Part shown: piece by piece, positions 20,751 to 30,791 of the stretch | Layout: each line of letters opens with the position of its first letter | How positions within the stretch are numbered: position 1 is the first letter of the stretch | Virus record (IMG/VR): IMGVR_UViG_3300005689_000056 | Span: 1-64,000 of that record | Length of the DNA stretch: 64,000 nt | Reading direction: 5' to 3' (one strand) | From: a virus | The notes under the pieces: model-generated | The model's database searches: none | What the model saw: only the letters and a program-made list of their open reading frames with translations | What the model was told of the DNA's origin: nothing | Made by a program: the position numbers and the translations under genes

Positions 20751-22024
20751 TGGCTACACCCGTTCCGCTGAGTTACAACGCCGCCATCTCGCCGATCATG
20801 GCGGGGCGGTGGGCAGGATTCGCTCCTCGTCAGCTTGTCGCAGACGGCATTTGGACGTGGTTTACCTCGCCTGTTTCGGTCTTCCGCAACGGCGCGACGT
20901 ACATCATGGCAGTGGATTCAGCCGGGACATGCAGGATTCACAAGCACACCCACGCAACTGGAGTTACCGAGAGCTTTAGTCTTTCATCGGTCGGCCTTGA
21001 AGTAGACGATCACAATAACGGCTCGATCCTGTTTCTCCCGGACGGGCGGCTTGTCGCGTTCTATGGGGTACATAACGACAGTGGGATACGTTATCGGGTT
21101 AGCACAAACCCGGAGAATGTTTCGTCGTGGGGTCCAGAGCAGTTTCGCGGCACTTCGCAAGGAAGTTATAGCTACCCGGTCCCGGTGACGCTCTCAGACT
21201 ACCCCGGCCTGACATGGTTGTTTAATCGACGGTGGGTCGAGGGCTCGGGTGGCGGGACACGGGCGCTGTCGTTTCGTACGTCGCCGGATTTTGGCACGGT
21301 GCCGGCAGAAATCTCTGCATACACGGATGTCTGGCGTGTCTCAGGAAAAATCCCGTACTGGCGAATTGCGCCGGATGGGGTTGGGTCGATTCACGTCTTC
21401 ACGACCGACATGCATCCTGTGCAAGGGCAGTCGAGTCTTTATTACTTCAGAGCCGACGCTGATCCAGCAACCGGGGCACTCACATACAGGCTCCCGAGCG
21501 GGGCGCTGATTACCGACACGCTGCCGCTAGGCCCAAGTAGCGTGTCTCAGGTGTATGACGGCGCGACAACACGCTGCTGGGTATCTGATGCGGGCGTAGA
21601 CGCGACCGGCGCCCCGGTCTGCCTGTGGATGCGATATCCGGGCAACGACGGGTCACAAATTGAGTATTGGCACGCACGCTGGGCCGGCTCAGGTTGGAGC
21701 AACACGAAGATAACAAACGATGGCGCAGGGCTTTATTCCCCGGAGGTCTACTACCACGGGGGGATGAGCTTCGACTCGCAGGACACGTCTAGGGTCTATC
21801 TGTCCACTCCGGTAGCCGGCTATCGCCAAGTCCAAGAGTGGCGCACCAGCGACAACGGTGTTAGCTGGGCCAAGCATCGAGACATCACTAGCGGCGCCTA
21901 TACAGGCCTGAGAGGGAGGCCGATGTCTCCATCCGGACATAACGGGCATATTCGAGTCATCTGGTTCGATGGCAGATATACGTCATTCACTGACTACGAC
22001 ACCAAAATTTTCGGGGCTGGATAA
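20750..22024 (+). CDS. BNR-repeat (sialidase-like beta-propeller) protein
   Basis: DDHNNGS motif, YSYP, Asp-box TSDNGVSW; AGGAGG RBS. Confidence 0.75.
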   Translation: MATPVPLSYNAAISPIMAGRWAGFAPRQLVADGIWTWFTSPVSVFRNGATYIMAVDSAGTCRIHKHTHATGVTESFSLSSVGLEVDDHNNGSILFLPDGRLVAFYGVHNDSGIRYRVSTNPENVSSWGPEQFRGTSQGSYSYPVPVTLSDYPGLTWLFNRRWVEGSGGGTRALSFRTSPDFGTVPAEISAYTDVWRVSGKIPYWRIAPDGVGSIHVFTTDMHPVQGQSSLYYFRADADPATGALTYRLPSGALITDTLPLGPSSVSQVYDGATTRCWVSDAGVDATGAPVCLWMRYPGNDGSQIEYWHARWAGSGWSNTKITNDGAGLYSPEVYYHGGMSFDSQDTSRVYLSTPVAGYRQVQEWRTSDNGVSWAKHRDITSGAYTGLRGRPMSPSGHNGHIRVIWFDGRYTSFTDYDTKIFGAG

Positions 22025-23475
22025 TGTCAATTGCTTTCAACGGTGCTTCTACGAAGCTGGTGTTTCCCGGAAATGTCCGGAGTGCGTATCCAGTCACTAT
22101 GTTTGGTTGGGTAAAGCCTAACTCTGCTTCAGTTAGCCAAATGGCGTTTGGTATCGCTGATTTTGGCGGTGATGACGAGTTGATGGGGTTCATCGACGGT
22201 GCTGGCACAGGAAAAGCAAGAGCATTTGCGCGCCGGTCTGGTGGTTCAGCCGCAGCGGATTCGGCGTCGTCTGTATCGACGGACTGGCAGCCATTTATGG
22301 TTGTGTTCACGGCAGCAGGGTCGCGCACATGCTACTACGGTGCGGGTGCATCTGGTACAAACACGACATCTCTCGATGCAATCCCGAGCACTCATGATCG
22401 CTTTGTTATCGGCTGTCGCGGAAAGGACGACACGCTGTGGTTCAGCGGTGAGATCGCGGAAGTCGGCATCTGGAGCGCGGCGCTTGGACCTACCGAGTGG
22501 GACGCTCTGAAGGCCGGCGCTCTGCCGGAAACCGTTGCCGACGAATCATTGGTAGAGCACTGGCCGCTACTGGACGCCGCCGACCTAGACGGTCTTGTTA
22601 GTAGGACACTGACTGCCAGCAACGCGACGACTGGCGCATCGCATCCGATCACTCGATCCGGAGGTGGTACGGCGCCATCCGGCACAGTCACAATCTCAGG
22701 CGTCACTCCGTCGTCTAGCTCTGCTGTCGTCACGTACAGCTACAGCGCGTCAGACCAAACCGGATTTGAGTACCGACTGAACGGTGGGATTGCTGCTGCG
22801 CTTGGAGTTTCCCCGGCAACGATCAGCGGATTGACAGCATCGACGGCGTACAATCTCGAGGTTCGCGCCGTAAATGCCAGCGGGTCGGGTGCGTGGTCTA
22901 CCGTTTCGTCGTTCAGCACCTCGGCGACCGGCGACTCGACCGCGCCGACACTGACTGGGTCAGTAACGTTTGCCTCCATTACCCAGACCGGCTACACCGC
23001 ATCATGGCCGGCTGGGTCGGACAACGTTGCGGTGACTGGCTACGAGTACCAGATCGGCAGCACCGCAGGGGCATGGACTGACGCCGGCAACAGCCTGTCG
23101 GCGGCGATCAGCGGGCGCACGGCAGGCACGACCGAGACTGTGTATGTCAGGGCCTACGACGCGGCCGGCAATCGCTCCACGCCGGCAATCAGCGGGGCAG
23201 TGACGCTGCTGTCGGCTACTGCAACGATCACGGTCGGATCTGCGCTCTATCCAATCAAGTACAGTTCCGCAAGCGTGCTCGATGAGACCGGATTGCTGGC
23301 AACTGTGCTGCGTGCCGACACCCTTGCATCGGTGCTGACGGTCTCCGGTGTCGCATGTAATGCCGGGGTGATCACGATCAGCAATGTTGCGCTAACGCCC
23401 GGCACCGCATACCATCTTGCGGTCAAAACAGCGTCAGGCTGGACCGGACTCAGTGATGAGGTAATTGCAGCATGA
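22024..23475 (+). CDS. LamG-like + fibronectin type III tail accessory protein
   Basis: LamG pattern (FSGEIAEVGIW); two FN3-like units (GLTASTAYNLEVRAVN; SDNVAVTGY...VRAYDAAGNRS). Confidence 0.75.
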   Translation: MSIAFNGASTKLVFPGNVRSAYPVTMFGWVKPNSASVSQMAFGIADFGGDDELMGFIDGAGTGKARAFARRSGGSAAADSASSVSTDWQPFMVVFTAAGSRTCYYGAGASGTNTTSLDAIPSTHDRFVIGCRGKDDTLWFSGEIAEVGIWSAALGPTEWDALKAGALPETVADESLVEHWPLLDAADLDGLVSRTLTASNATTGASHPITRSGGGTAPSGTVTISGVTPSSSSAVVTYSYSASDQTGFEYRLNGGIAAALGVSPATISGLTASTAYNLEVRAVNASGSGAWSTVSSFSTSATGDSTAPTLTGSVTFASITQTGYTASWPAGSDNVAVTGYEYQIGSTAGAWTDAGNSLSAAISGRTAGTTETVYVRAYDAAGNRSTPAISGAVTLLSATATITVGSALYPIKYSSASVLDETGLLATVLRADTLASVLTVSGVACNAGVITISNVALTPGTAYHLAVKTASGWTGLSDEVIAA

Positions 23476-24656
23476 CACGCATGCGAGTGACTTCTGTACA
23501 GATCCTGCCCGATTGCCCTATGGTCGTTGGGTTCGGCGGATGGGGTGTGCTCGGCGCCGATATGCCTGACGATGGCGAGCACGGGGCGTCGGTCGGGGCG
23601 CGATGGATCACCTTGCCCGACGACGCTGCTACGGAAATTTGGGTGCGCATTACTGCTGGCCCCGAAACTGGCGCGTTGTTGATGTACCCGGATTCGTCGT
23701 TTGAGTACTATGGCGAGAGTACTACGTTTCACGCTCAGCTTTACGTAGGCGGAGAACCTGTAGGCGCGCCTCAGCTTGTTTCTCTGTCTATCGGCGATAG
23801 TGACGTAGACAGTGATCTCGACATCCGCTACGCCACGCTGCAGGTCGCCGGGGCCGATGCCGCCATTGCGCATGCGCTACTTTCCGCAGTCGCCAAGAAC
23901 AACGATCTTCGTATGTCTTTGTTGCAATCGATTGCAAAGAGCACGAATCTAGTCACCACGCTGCTACACGCGGCTAGTGCGGATACGCAGTTGAGTCAGG
24001 TGCTACTGCAGGAGGCTACCAAGTCAGCCGATCTACGCAATAGCATGCTGCAGGTAGCGCTAGGCGATCTGTCGCTGTCTTGGAGCATGATCGCTACGAT
24101 AAGCGACGTACTGAAGGACGTAGACTTGTCGTGGCGAGTTATCGGTAATGTGGCTCGCGATCACGTATTGATGCAGCCTATGCTTACGCAGGTGGGTGTT
24201 GATCGTTCGCTACGTCAGGTTTTGCTGCAATCGGTATCCGCCCCCGACGAGATCCAGTGGGGACTGATCGGTAATGCGGCGCGTAGTACAGGGCTTAGTT
24301 GGGCGCTGATCTCGTATGTCGGGGAGGTTCTTTCGGACCTTAACCTGAACTACGGTCTCTTGGCGTACGTAGCCAAAGACACCATGTTGCTGATGCAGAC
24401 TCTGGAGTCAGTAGGCGAAGACAGTAACCTCGCATGGTCGATACTGACAGAGGCCGGTGACACGCTGGTACTTGCGTATAGTTCGCTGTCACCCGTGTAC
24501 GGGGATATGCAGGCTTCGTGGGAGATGGTATCCTTGACGGAAAGCACGATGCACCTGCGGTGGAGGTTGGGGGCAGTGTCTTACCCAGATGTGTTTCAGA
24601 CGGCTATGGTCATGGTGGATCGTCAGAAATACACAGTGCATGTTGTATCGGGATAA
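23472..24656 (+). CDS. Fibrous virion protein with ~14-aa tandem repeats
   Basis: About 18 imperfect 14-residue units (e.g. KDVDLSWRVIGNVA, SDLNLNYGLLAYVA). Confidence 0.6.
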   Translation: MTRMRVTSVQILPDCPMVVGFGGWGVLGADMPDDGEHGASVGARWITLPDDAATEIWVRITAGPETGALLMYPDSSFEYYGESTTFHAQLYVGGEPVGAPQLVSLSIGDSDVDSDLDIRYATLQVAGADAAIAHALLSAVAKNNDLRMSLLQSIAKSTNLVTTLLHAASADTQLSQVLLQEATKSADLRNSMLQVALGDLSLSWSMIATISDVLKDVDLSWRVIGNVARDHVLMQPMLTQVGVDRSLRQVLLQSVSAPDEIQWGLIGNAARSTGLSWALISYVGEVLSDLNLNYGLLAYVAKDTMLLMQTLESVGEDSNLAWSILTEAGDTLVLAYSSLSPVYGDMQASWEMVSLTESTMHLRWRLGAVSYPDVFQTAMVMVDRQKYTVHVVSG

Positions 24657-24693
24657 GAGACCAGATTTTCTAAACCACACCGTAGAGGTAACC

Positions 24694-25200
24694 ATGCCCA
24701 TCGAAAGCACCGATATCCAAAGCCGTCTCTCTGGCGGCGCAGCAAACACGAACCCCGCCGCATCCATTGGTGGGGCTATCTCGAACACATCACTTGTTGA
24801 TGCCACTCTGAACAACCTCTTCACCGAAGTGAATGAGGACCAGACCGAGGCCGGCGTCATCCTGTACCGCTGCTTCTACGTCCGCAATGCGCACGGTACG
24901 TTGACGTGGAAGAATGTCAAGGTGTGGATTCAGACGCAGAGCACCAGCGAGGACACCGTGGTCGCCATCGGTCTTGGTGCAAGCGCGGTGAACGGTACGG
25001 AAACCGCCGTAGCGAACCAGACAACCGCACCGGGCGGGGTATCTTTTACCGCCCCAGCCGATAAGGCAAGTGGTTTGGTGATTGGTGATCTGGCGCCGGG
25101 TGCACACAAAGCAGTCTGGGTACGACTCACAGTTACTGCAGGCGCCGCCGCCGCGAACGATAGTTGCGTTATTCGTTCGTCTGGTGGGACCGCAGCTTAA
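24694..25200 (+). CDS. Virion tail protein (paralog family)
   Basis: GAGG RBS; clear similarity to 7634 (SGGAANTNP..SIGGAIS, YRCFYVRN, LAPG...VW). Confidence 0.7.
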   Translation: MPIESTDIQSRLSGGAANTNPAASIGGAISNTSLVDATLNNLFTEVNEDQTEAGVILYRCFYVRNAHGTLTWKNVKVWIQTQSTSEDTVVAIGLGASAVNGTETAVANQTTAPGGVSFTAPADKASGLVIGDLAPGAHKAVWVRLTVTAGAAAANDSCVIRSSGGTAA

Positions 25201-25217
25201 CCCGCACAGGAGGCCTG

Positions 25218-25421
25218 ATGTCCTCAGAGCACACTACTCTTAGCGATGCGCAGCTTGAAGCCATCGTAGAGAAAGCTGCGGAGAAAGCCGTTGAAAAAGT
25301 ATTCGACAGGATATACACCGAGGTCGGTCGGAGTGTGGTATCCAAGACTGTGTGGATTCTTGGGGCGAGTTTGCTCGCGCTGGCTTCTTGGATGGCAGGT
25401 GCCGGTAAGATCAAAATGTAA
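25218..25421 (+). CDS. Small membrane protein, holin/antiholin-like
   Basis: AGGAGG RBS; one C-terminal hydrophobic segment; lies just before the lysis genes. Confidence 0.5.
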   Translation: MSSEHTTLSDAQLEAIVEKAAEKAVEKVFDRIYTEVGRSVVSKTVWILGASLLALASWMAGAGKIKM

Positions 25422-25448
25422 GGAGTGTCCGGATAAGGAGCACAAGGC

Positions 25449-25769
25449 ATGAGAGTCCCCCTGAATTGCTGGATAGTCGCTATATGGTTTTGGGTGGTAT
25501 CCAGATTCAGGGGGTATTGCTGGTCCCGCCGAAGCCTGCACTTTAAAGGTCTTGTACCGCACGCGGGGGTTGGATTTATCGGTGGCTATCGTGAGGTATT
25601 CATCGTTGAGTACGTACCCCCCAAAGCGCGCATATGGACTATGGACAACCTCCTAGTTCTGTTTTTTGGAAGGTATAGGGTCTGGCGGCTACGTGCCGTG
25701 TCAAGTACCCGTTTCAGGACAATGGAAGACACAAGGAACTATCTGAAAGAAAACGGAGTGGATATATGA
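25449..25769 (+). CDS. Hypothetical protein
   Basis: AAGGAG RBS, coupled to the holin gene. Confidence 0.55.
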   Translation: MRVPLNCWIVAIWFWVVSRFRGYCWSRRSLHFKGLVPHAGVGFIGGYREVFIVEYVPPKARIWTMDNLLVLFFGRYRVWRLRAVSSTRFRTMEDTRNYLKENGVDI

Positions 25770-26020
25770 AAGACGGTAACCGCATGCTGATCTGGGTCGC
25801 GATGTCCATCTTCTTCTACGGTATGGCGATGATGGTTGACACCATCGTGATGCAGACCTTCCTCGTGAAACTGGGGAACGTTACCGCAGCAGGCAATGTC
25901 GGGTACTGGATCGCTCGTATGGCCCTTGGGCGTATCGGGTGCGAGAGTAGCGGTAACGAAAAGATCGCTCGATCAATAGTGGTAGCAGCGGCGATCATCG
26001 GTATCTCTCTCGGGTACTGA
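25766..26020 (+). CDS. Putative holin
   Basis: 84 aa, 2-3 hydrophobic segments, GYWI.R...RSIVVAA pattern, directly upstream of the endolysin. Confidence 0.7.
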   Translation: MKDGNRMLIWVAMSIFFYGMAMMVDTIVMQTFLVKLGNVTAAGNVGYWIARMALGRIGCESSGNEKIARSIVVAAAIIGISLGY

Positions 26021-26039
26021 TACCGAGTAATACAAATAC

Positions 26040-26060
26040 AGCGGCTTAGGCCGCTTTTTT
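26040..26060 (+). terminator. Intrinsic terminator-like hairpin
   Basis: AGCGGC-TTAG-GCCGCT followed by a T-run. Confidence 0.65.
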
Positions 26061-26076
26061 ATTGTATGGAGGAATC

Positions 26077-26661
26077 ATGAAATACCTTCTAGTAGCCTTC
26101 GTGTTTGTGTGCGGCTCGGTATGGGCGCAGGTTCCCGCCGCAGCACACAAGTACCGTCCGCATCTCATTCGCGCATCACATGCGGTGTGGGGGCTGAATG
26201 CCCCAATCCCTGCATTTGCTGCCCAGATCCATCAGGAAAGTGCGTGGCGCTCAGACGTATGCTCCCCTTACGCTTGTGGGCTTACGCAATTCACTCCGGA
26301 TACGGCGGAATGGATCGGTAATCTGTACGGCGTGGAGCTTGGTCCTACAGACCGGTTCAATCCGGTATGGGCTATTCGTGCGATGGTGAGGTATGATAAG
26401 TACCTGTTTGACTCTACACCGGGACACACCGAATGCGACAGGTTCTGGGGGGCGCTTCGGAAATACAATGGCGGGCCGGGTCATTGGAACATGGAGTCGA
26501 GACACGCTACCGACAGACTAGATCGGTACGACGTAGATTTGCAGTGCGGTAAGGCTAGGCGCAGTATCAAGCACTGTCCGGAGAACGTCGGATACCCACG
26601 GCGGATTCTCCTGACTCACCAACCCAAGTACGCCTCATGGGGCGTTCGTGTTTGCAATTGA
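26077..26661 (+). CDS. Endolysin, SLT-family lytic transglycosylase with N-terminal signal sequence
   Basis: QIHQESAW (catalytic Glu), GLTQFTPDTA, YNGG; hydrophobic N-terminus ending VWA. Confidence 0.88.
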   Translation: MKYLLVAFVFVCGSVWAQVPAAAHKYRPHLIRASHAVWGLNAPIPAFAAQIHQESAWRSDVCSPYACGLTQFTPDTAEWIGNLYGVELGPTDRFNPVWAIRAMVRYDKYLFDSTPGHTECDRFWGALRKYNGGPGHWNMESRHATDRLDRYDVDLQCGKARRSIKHCPENVGYPRRILLTHQPKYASWGVRVCN

Positions 26662-26680
26662 TTGCAGAAGGAGATAACTC

Positions 26681-27550
26681 ATGGCTGTCATGGAAAGTAC
26701 AAAAACCGTAGGCCGAGGAATCCTCGTGCTATCCGGTCGTGTCCCCGGGCACGCAGCCTTTCGCTCGCAGGTGCCGGATGGCACCACCATCAACTACTGC
26801 ATACGTGACTATAACGGCAGTTTTGAGATCGGTACCGGAGTGTACACAGCGGGTACTCTTACCCGCAACGTGCGCGAGAAGCTGGAAGAAGGTGCATACC
26901 GTGACGGAGGGCCACCGATCCATTTGACGGGTCACGCTGTCGTAGAGGCTACCGCGTACGCCGGGTATTCCACCACGTCTGCGCCGGGCTCTTCGATGCC
27001 TGTGGACATCGTCACGCCGCAAGAAAGGCCGGTATTATCGGACTCTGGTGTCCCCGGTATTCTCGGCTCGTTGCTTTCTGGCGGGTCGAAAACCGGAGGT
27101 ATATCGGTATTGTCTTCGTCAGGCATGCCGTCAGACACCATCACCGGTTTTACGAGCCCGCAGCGCCTACTATCGTGGCATCTGCCGGCAGGAGCCGTAG
27201 GCCCCCATGACGTATTTCTGTTTTGGGGCAAGATGACTAACTCGAACAGTGCAAATGCGAAATACCTGCAGTTGTTTATCAACGAGGAGGAGGTGGCCCA
27301 ATTCCAGAACACGACCAACACCTCCGCTACTGTTCTGTGGTCTTTTGCAATGCGTGGGTCGCTCAGTTCAGAGATAGGCATGCGCCTGAATAGTGCCGGT
27401 GTTGGTGCTACCGCAGGCGGTTTCGCTACCAAAACAGTGGATCTCTCTGAGGGGTTCGAACTTTCGGTACGCGGGTGGACGTTGACAAGTACATCAGAAT
27501 CCATGCGTATCGAGCAGCATACACTTCTTCACATTCGGGGGGCTGAGTAA
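26681..27550 (+). CDS. Tail-fibre-like protein with N-terminal anchor domain
   Basis: First ~110 aa nearly collinear with the N-terminus of 28610. Confidence 0.6.
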   Translation: MAVMESTKTVGRGILVLSGRVPGHAAFRSQVPDGTTINYCIRDYNGSFEIGTGVYTAGTLTRNVREKLEEGAYRDGGPPIHLTGHAVVEATAYAGYSTTSAPGSSMPVDIVTPQERPVLSDSGVPGILGSLLSGGSKTGGISVLSSSGMPSDTITGFTSPQRLLSWHLPAGAVGPHDVFLFWGKMTNSNSANAKYLQLFINEEEVAQFQNTTNTSATVLWSFAMRGSLSSEIGMRLNSAGVGATAGGFATKTVDLSEGFELSVRGWTLTSTSESMRIEQHTLLHIRGAE

Positions 27551-28572
27551 TGGCTAACGGTTTTGGGGTGCGGTTTGGTGTAGAAGGTCAAAACCTTCGC
27601 GGTATGGTGGGTTGCCAGACAAATACGGCGGCAAAGCCTGAAGGCGTGATCTATGACGCTACACGTACGTGGGACTGTAAGGGTGGTGTGAACAAAACAG
27701 CAAATGTCCGGGTAATGTACCCGTCCGCTGGGGTTTACGACTTTAGCCCGATTGACGGTATGCTTCAAGGTACATACGGTTTGACTGTACACACCTGCCT
27801 TGGTTGCCCGCCAGACTGGGTAGTCACTCGACCCAATAGCGGCGTCAACGGTGCCTACGGCGGTAAGTCGAATATGGTGCCTGACGATCTCGACGCCTAC
27901 TGCGAGTTTGTAGATGCGTTTGCGCGACATCTACTCTCGTACGGTGCAGTGGTACATTGGGATACATGGAACGAGATTAACGGTGCTGGGTTTTTCAATG
28001 ACGATACCGCTTTACTAGGCCCGTACGTTCGTCGTGTGGCTGAGACTATTCGCGCGGTGCAGCCGGATGCGTATATTTATGCGCCTAACACTAACTATTC
28101 AGGTAACGACCTCGCCGCAGTTATGCAGGTAAGTGACGGGGTGGGTGGTACCATTGCGGACCACTGCAACGCTGCGTCTGTTCACATATACCACGATGCT
28201 CGTACTGTGCCTGAGATCGCCGTTAACGGCACCCGCAATCGGATTCGCCTCATCTCTAGTCGTGTCCCCTCTTCGTGGTTGGTTTCGTTGAATGAGAGCG
28301 GTATCGAGATGGCTAACCCCCGCGCAGGCATTATCCATGCTACACGCCTCGCCGTTAGCGCGTCTATGGGTGTCCCGTACGTCGCCTACACGTACGACCA
28401 TACTACTTACGGTATGGATGCTCCGGTGATCAGCGCGTGGAATCAGGTAGCTGAAGTGCTTACCGATGCTACACTCATCGACTGTCGGCTGCAGCACGGT
28501 CAGGTGTTGCGCCTAGAGACGACGAAAGGTGTAAGGCTGATCACCGCTGACGGGGTCACTTCCGGTACTTAA
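27550..28572 (+). CDS. Glycoside hydrolase, clan GH-A TIM barrel (GH39/GH5-like)
   Basis: WNEIN acid/base motif, SVHIY, LNESG nucleophile motif. Confidence 0.7.
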   Translation: MANGFGVRFGVEGQNLRGMVGCQTNTAAKPEGVIYDATRTWDCKGGVNKTANVRVMYPSAGVYDFSPIDGMLQGTYGLTVHTCLGCPPDWVVTRPNSGVNGAYGGKSNMVPDDLDAYCEFVDAFARHLLSYGAVVHWDTWNEINGAGFFNDDTALLGPYVRRVAETIRAVQPDAYIYAPNTNYSGNDLAAVMQVSDGVGGTIADHCNAASVHIYHDARTVPEIAVNGTRNRIRLISSRVPSSWLVSLNESGIEMANPRAGIIHATRLAVSASMGVPYVAYTYDHTTYGMDAPVISAWNQVAEVLTDATLIDCRLQHGQVLRLETTKGVRLITADGVTSGT

Positions 28573-28609
28573 CAGACTTTTGCAATCGATTTCAATTAGG
28601 AGAGATAGA

Positions 28610-30196
28610 ATGAATGTCGCTGAAAGAACCAACACCGTAGGCCAAGGCGCCCTGCAGCTTATCGGACGTTTGCCGGGGCACACGGCATTCCACACGCAAG
28701 TGCAGGACGGAACTACGGTCCAGTACTCCATCCGCGATTACAACGGCAATTACGAGATCGGTAGTGGCACGTATTCCGCAGGTACGCTGACCCGTAACGT
28801 ACGTGAGAAGATGGAGAACGGTCAGTACTCGGCAGGTGGTCAGCCCATCTACCTCACTGGCAATGCCGTTGTAGGTGCGATTACCGCCGGCAGTGTGTCT
28901 CCTGTATCGCGGGCAGGCTCTGCATTGCCTTACGATCTGTTGCCGTCCGATGAGTTACCGGTAACTCGTAGTTCGCTTGAGATCGGCGGTGGTAAGGACA
29001 CTCTCGTTATTGGTGGTATGTCTGCTGCGCAGGCACGTCGCCAGTCAAAGTTCACACACACGAAAGTGCTGGCAGTGGCGGGCGAAACGCTTGCCGGCAA
29101 CAACCGTACGTACCACTACACGGCTACTGTAGAACAGTCGATCCCTTTCGATCAGGTTCAGCTAGTTTTTCTGAACCACTCCACTGCTGCGCAGACTATC
29201 CCAGCAGTCGCTGCAGCGGCAACGTCAGGGCTGGACATGGCGGTCCCGACTGAGCCGTGGGTTGTTGGGGGTCCAGTTGTTGTGCCTGCCCGTAGTGCGT
29301 CGGGGAGGCCCGGTATCGGGCTCAGCGCATGGCTTGATTGCCAGTCTGTGCCGATGGCTGATGGCTCGCTGCGTCGCATCATGTTGCGTGCCCAGTCTCC
29401 CGTGACCGATCCCTTCACTGTCACCGACCAAGCGTCGGTCAACTTCGGGCCGGACTACAGCAAGTGGGACATCGATGGTCGCACTTTCCGTCCGTACTAC
29501 GGTGCTGTAGGAGACAATACAACCACGAACCACGCAGCGTTCGTGCCTACGCTGTCCGCGCGAGGGCCGATTTTTGGCTGGCGGTTGCGTACTCGCGGGA
29601 AGGTCTTGACTGTGGCCGGGGTTGGTCCGTCGACGACTCAAGGGTCTGGCGAAACTGGATACCAGCTTAGCTCGTGGCTGCTTAAGGCGTGTGCCGCAGC
29701 GTCTACTCCGGACGCCCCGATTGAGTATTTGAATTGGGGGCTCGGCTCGCAAACCACCCTTGGCTACCTATTGCGGTTTCAAGAGGCGTGCGCGGCGGGG
29801 CTGGTGCCGGGTATTGCCGTGTTTCAGGCCGCCACAAGCAACGATGGCACCCCGTCCGCCTCTGTAACCGCGAACAGTCGTAAATACGTTGCTGAGTTTC
29901 TCGCAACGTGTGAGCAGTATGGGGTTTACCCGGTAATCACCACACGTAACCCAAACACAACGGCGGCATTTAACGCCGAGGCTGTCGCGATTGCCAAGGC
30001 TTACGATGCAGAATTGCTGGACATGCGGCAATACGGTGTAGAGGTGTGGGATATCTGCACTCCATTGTCTGCAGGCCCTGACACGATCTATTACAACCCG
30101 GCGTACACTACTGACGGTACGCACCCTAACGCTGCGGGCCACAACCTGCTATCCGCTACCTACACTCCGAGGCTGCGCGCCCTCGCCGGCCTGTAA
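28610..30196 (+). CDS. Anchor-domain protein with C-terminal SGNH/GDSL esterase
   Basis: GPSTTQG (block I variant), NWGLGS, SNDG, DGTHPNAAGH. Confidence 0.75.
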   Translation: MNVAERTNTVGQGALQLIGRLPGHTAFHTQVQDGTTVQYSIRDYNGNYEIGSGTYSAGTLTRNVREKMENGQYSAGGQPIYLTGNAVVGAITAGSVSPVSRAGSALPYDLLPSDELPVTRSSLEIGGGKDTLVIGGMSAAQARRQSKFTHTKVLAVAGETLAGNNRTYHYTATVEQSIPFDQVQLVFLNHSTAAQTIPAVAAAATSGLDMAVPTEPWVVGGPVVVPARSASGRPGIGLSAWLDCQSVPMADGSLRRIMLRAQSPVTDPFTVTDQASVNFGPDYSKWDIDGRTFRPYYGAVGDNTTTNHAAFVPTLSARGPIFGWRLRTRGKVLTVAGVGPSTTQGSGETGYQLSSWLLKACAAASTPDAPIEYLNWGLGSQTTLGYLLRFQEACAAGLVPGIAVFQAATSNDGTPSASVTANSRKYVAEFLATCEQYGVYPVITTRNPNTTAAFNAEAVAIAKAYDAELLDMRQYGVEVWDICTPLSAGPDTIYYNPAYTTDGTHPNAAGHNLLSATYTPRLRALAGL

Positions 30197-30253
30197 CGCC
30201 CGCACCCCCCACGGCGAGAGTTGTGGGGGTACCACTCTACCGGAGGTATCAAT

Positions 30254-30682
30254 GTGGCTATCAATGTATTCGCCCCCGCAATACTTACTATTCTGGTTGT
30301 CGGTTTCTCAGGTTTTCTGGGCTACAAGTATCGCGACAGGCAGGCTGAACTTGATGATCTTACGAGGGTCGCCGAGGTGTCAGACGCACTTGCGGTGCTT
30401 GCAGGGCGGTATGCGGAGCGGGACATTGCATACCGTAAGGTCGCAGCACAACTTCGTACCAGAAATCGTGAAATAGCTGAGGAGGCAGAACATGCGTTCA
30501 CCAACATTGCTTCTGTTTGCGGCGGCTTTACTTCTGCAGAACGTGACAGCATGCACACCGCGTACTGTGGTTATTTCCCCACTGCCCCCGCATGCGTCGT
30601 GTCAGGAGGAGTGCCCGGCATACCTGCCGCCCCCACCACCGGAGGGGGACAGCAAGGGCCGATTGATGTGGGAGAGCCGTAA
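30254..30682 (+). CDS. Inner-membrane spanin (Rz-like)
   Basis: GGAGG RBS, N-terminal TM segment then coiled coil, overlapped by a lipoprotein gene in another frame. Confidence 0.7.
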   Translation: MAINVFAPAILTILVVGFSGFLGYKYRDRQAELDDLTRVAEVSDALAVLAGRYAERDIAYRKVAAQLRTRNREIAEEAEHAFTNIASVCGGFTSAERDSMHTAYCGYFPTAPACVVSGGVPGIPAAPTTGGGQQGPIDVGEP

Positions 30683-30791
30683 CATGCTGGAGTACTCGGA
30701 ATGCGCTGCTACGCATAACCTATGCGTCAGCGAGTCGATCAAGCGCTTTCGAGAACAACAGAGAGGATCAGACGATGGAGGTAAAAAATAA
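30492..30791 (+). CDS. Outer-membrane spanin lipoprotein (Rz1-like)
   Basis: Signal peptide with lipobox VTAC, Pro-rich mature part, overlapping the Rz-like gene. Confidence 0.75.
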   Translation: MRSPTLLLFAAALLLQNVTACTPRTVVISPLPPHASCQEECPAYLPPPPPEGDSKGRLMWESRNMLEYSECAATHNLCVSESIKRFREQQRGSDDGGKK

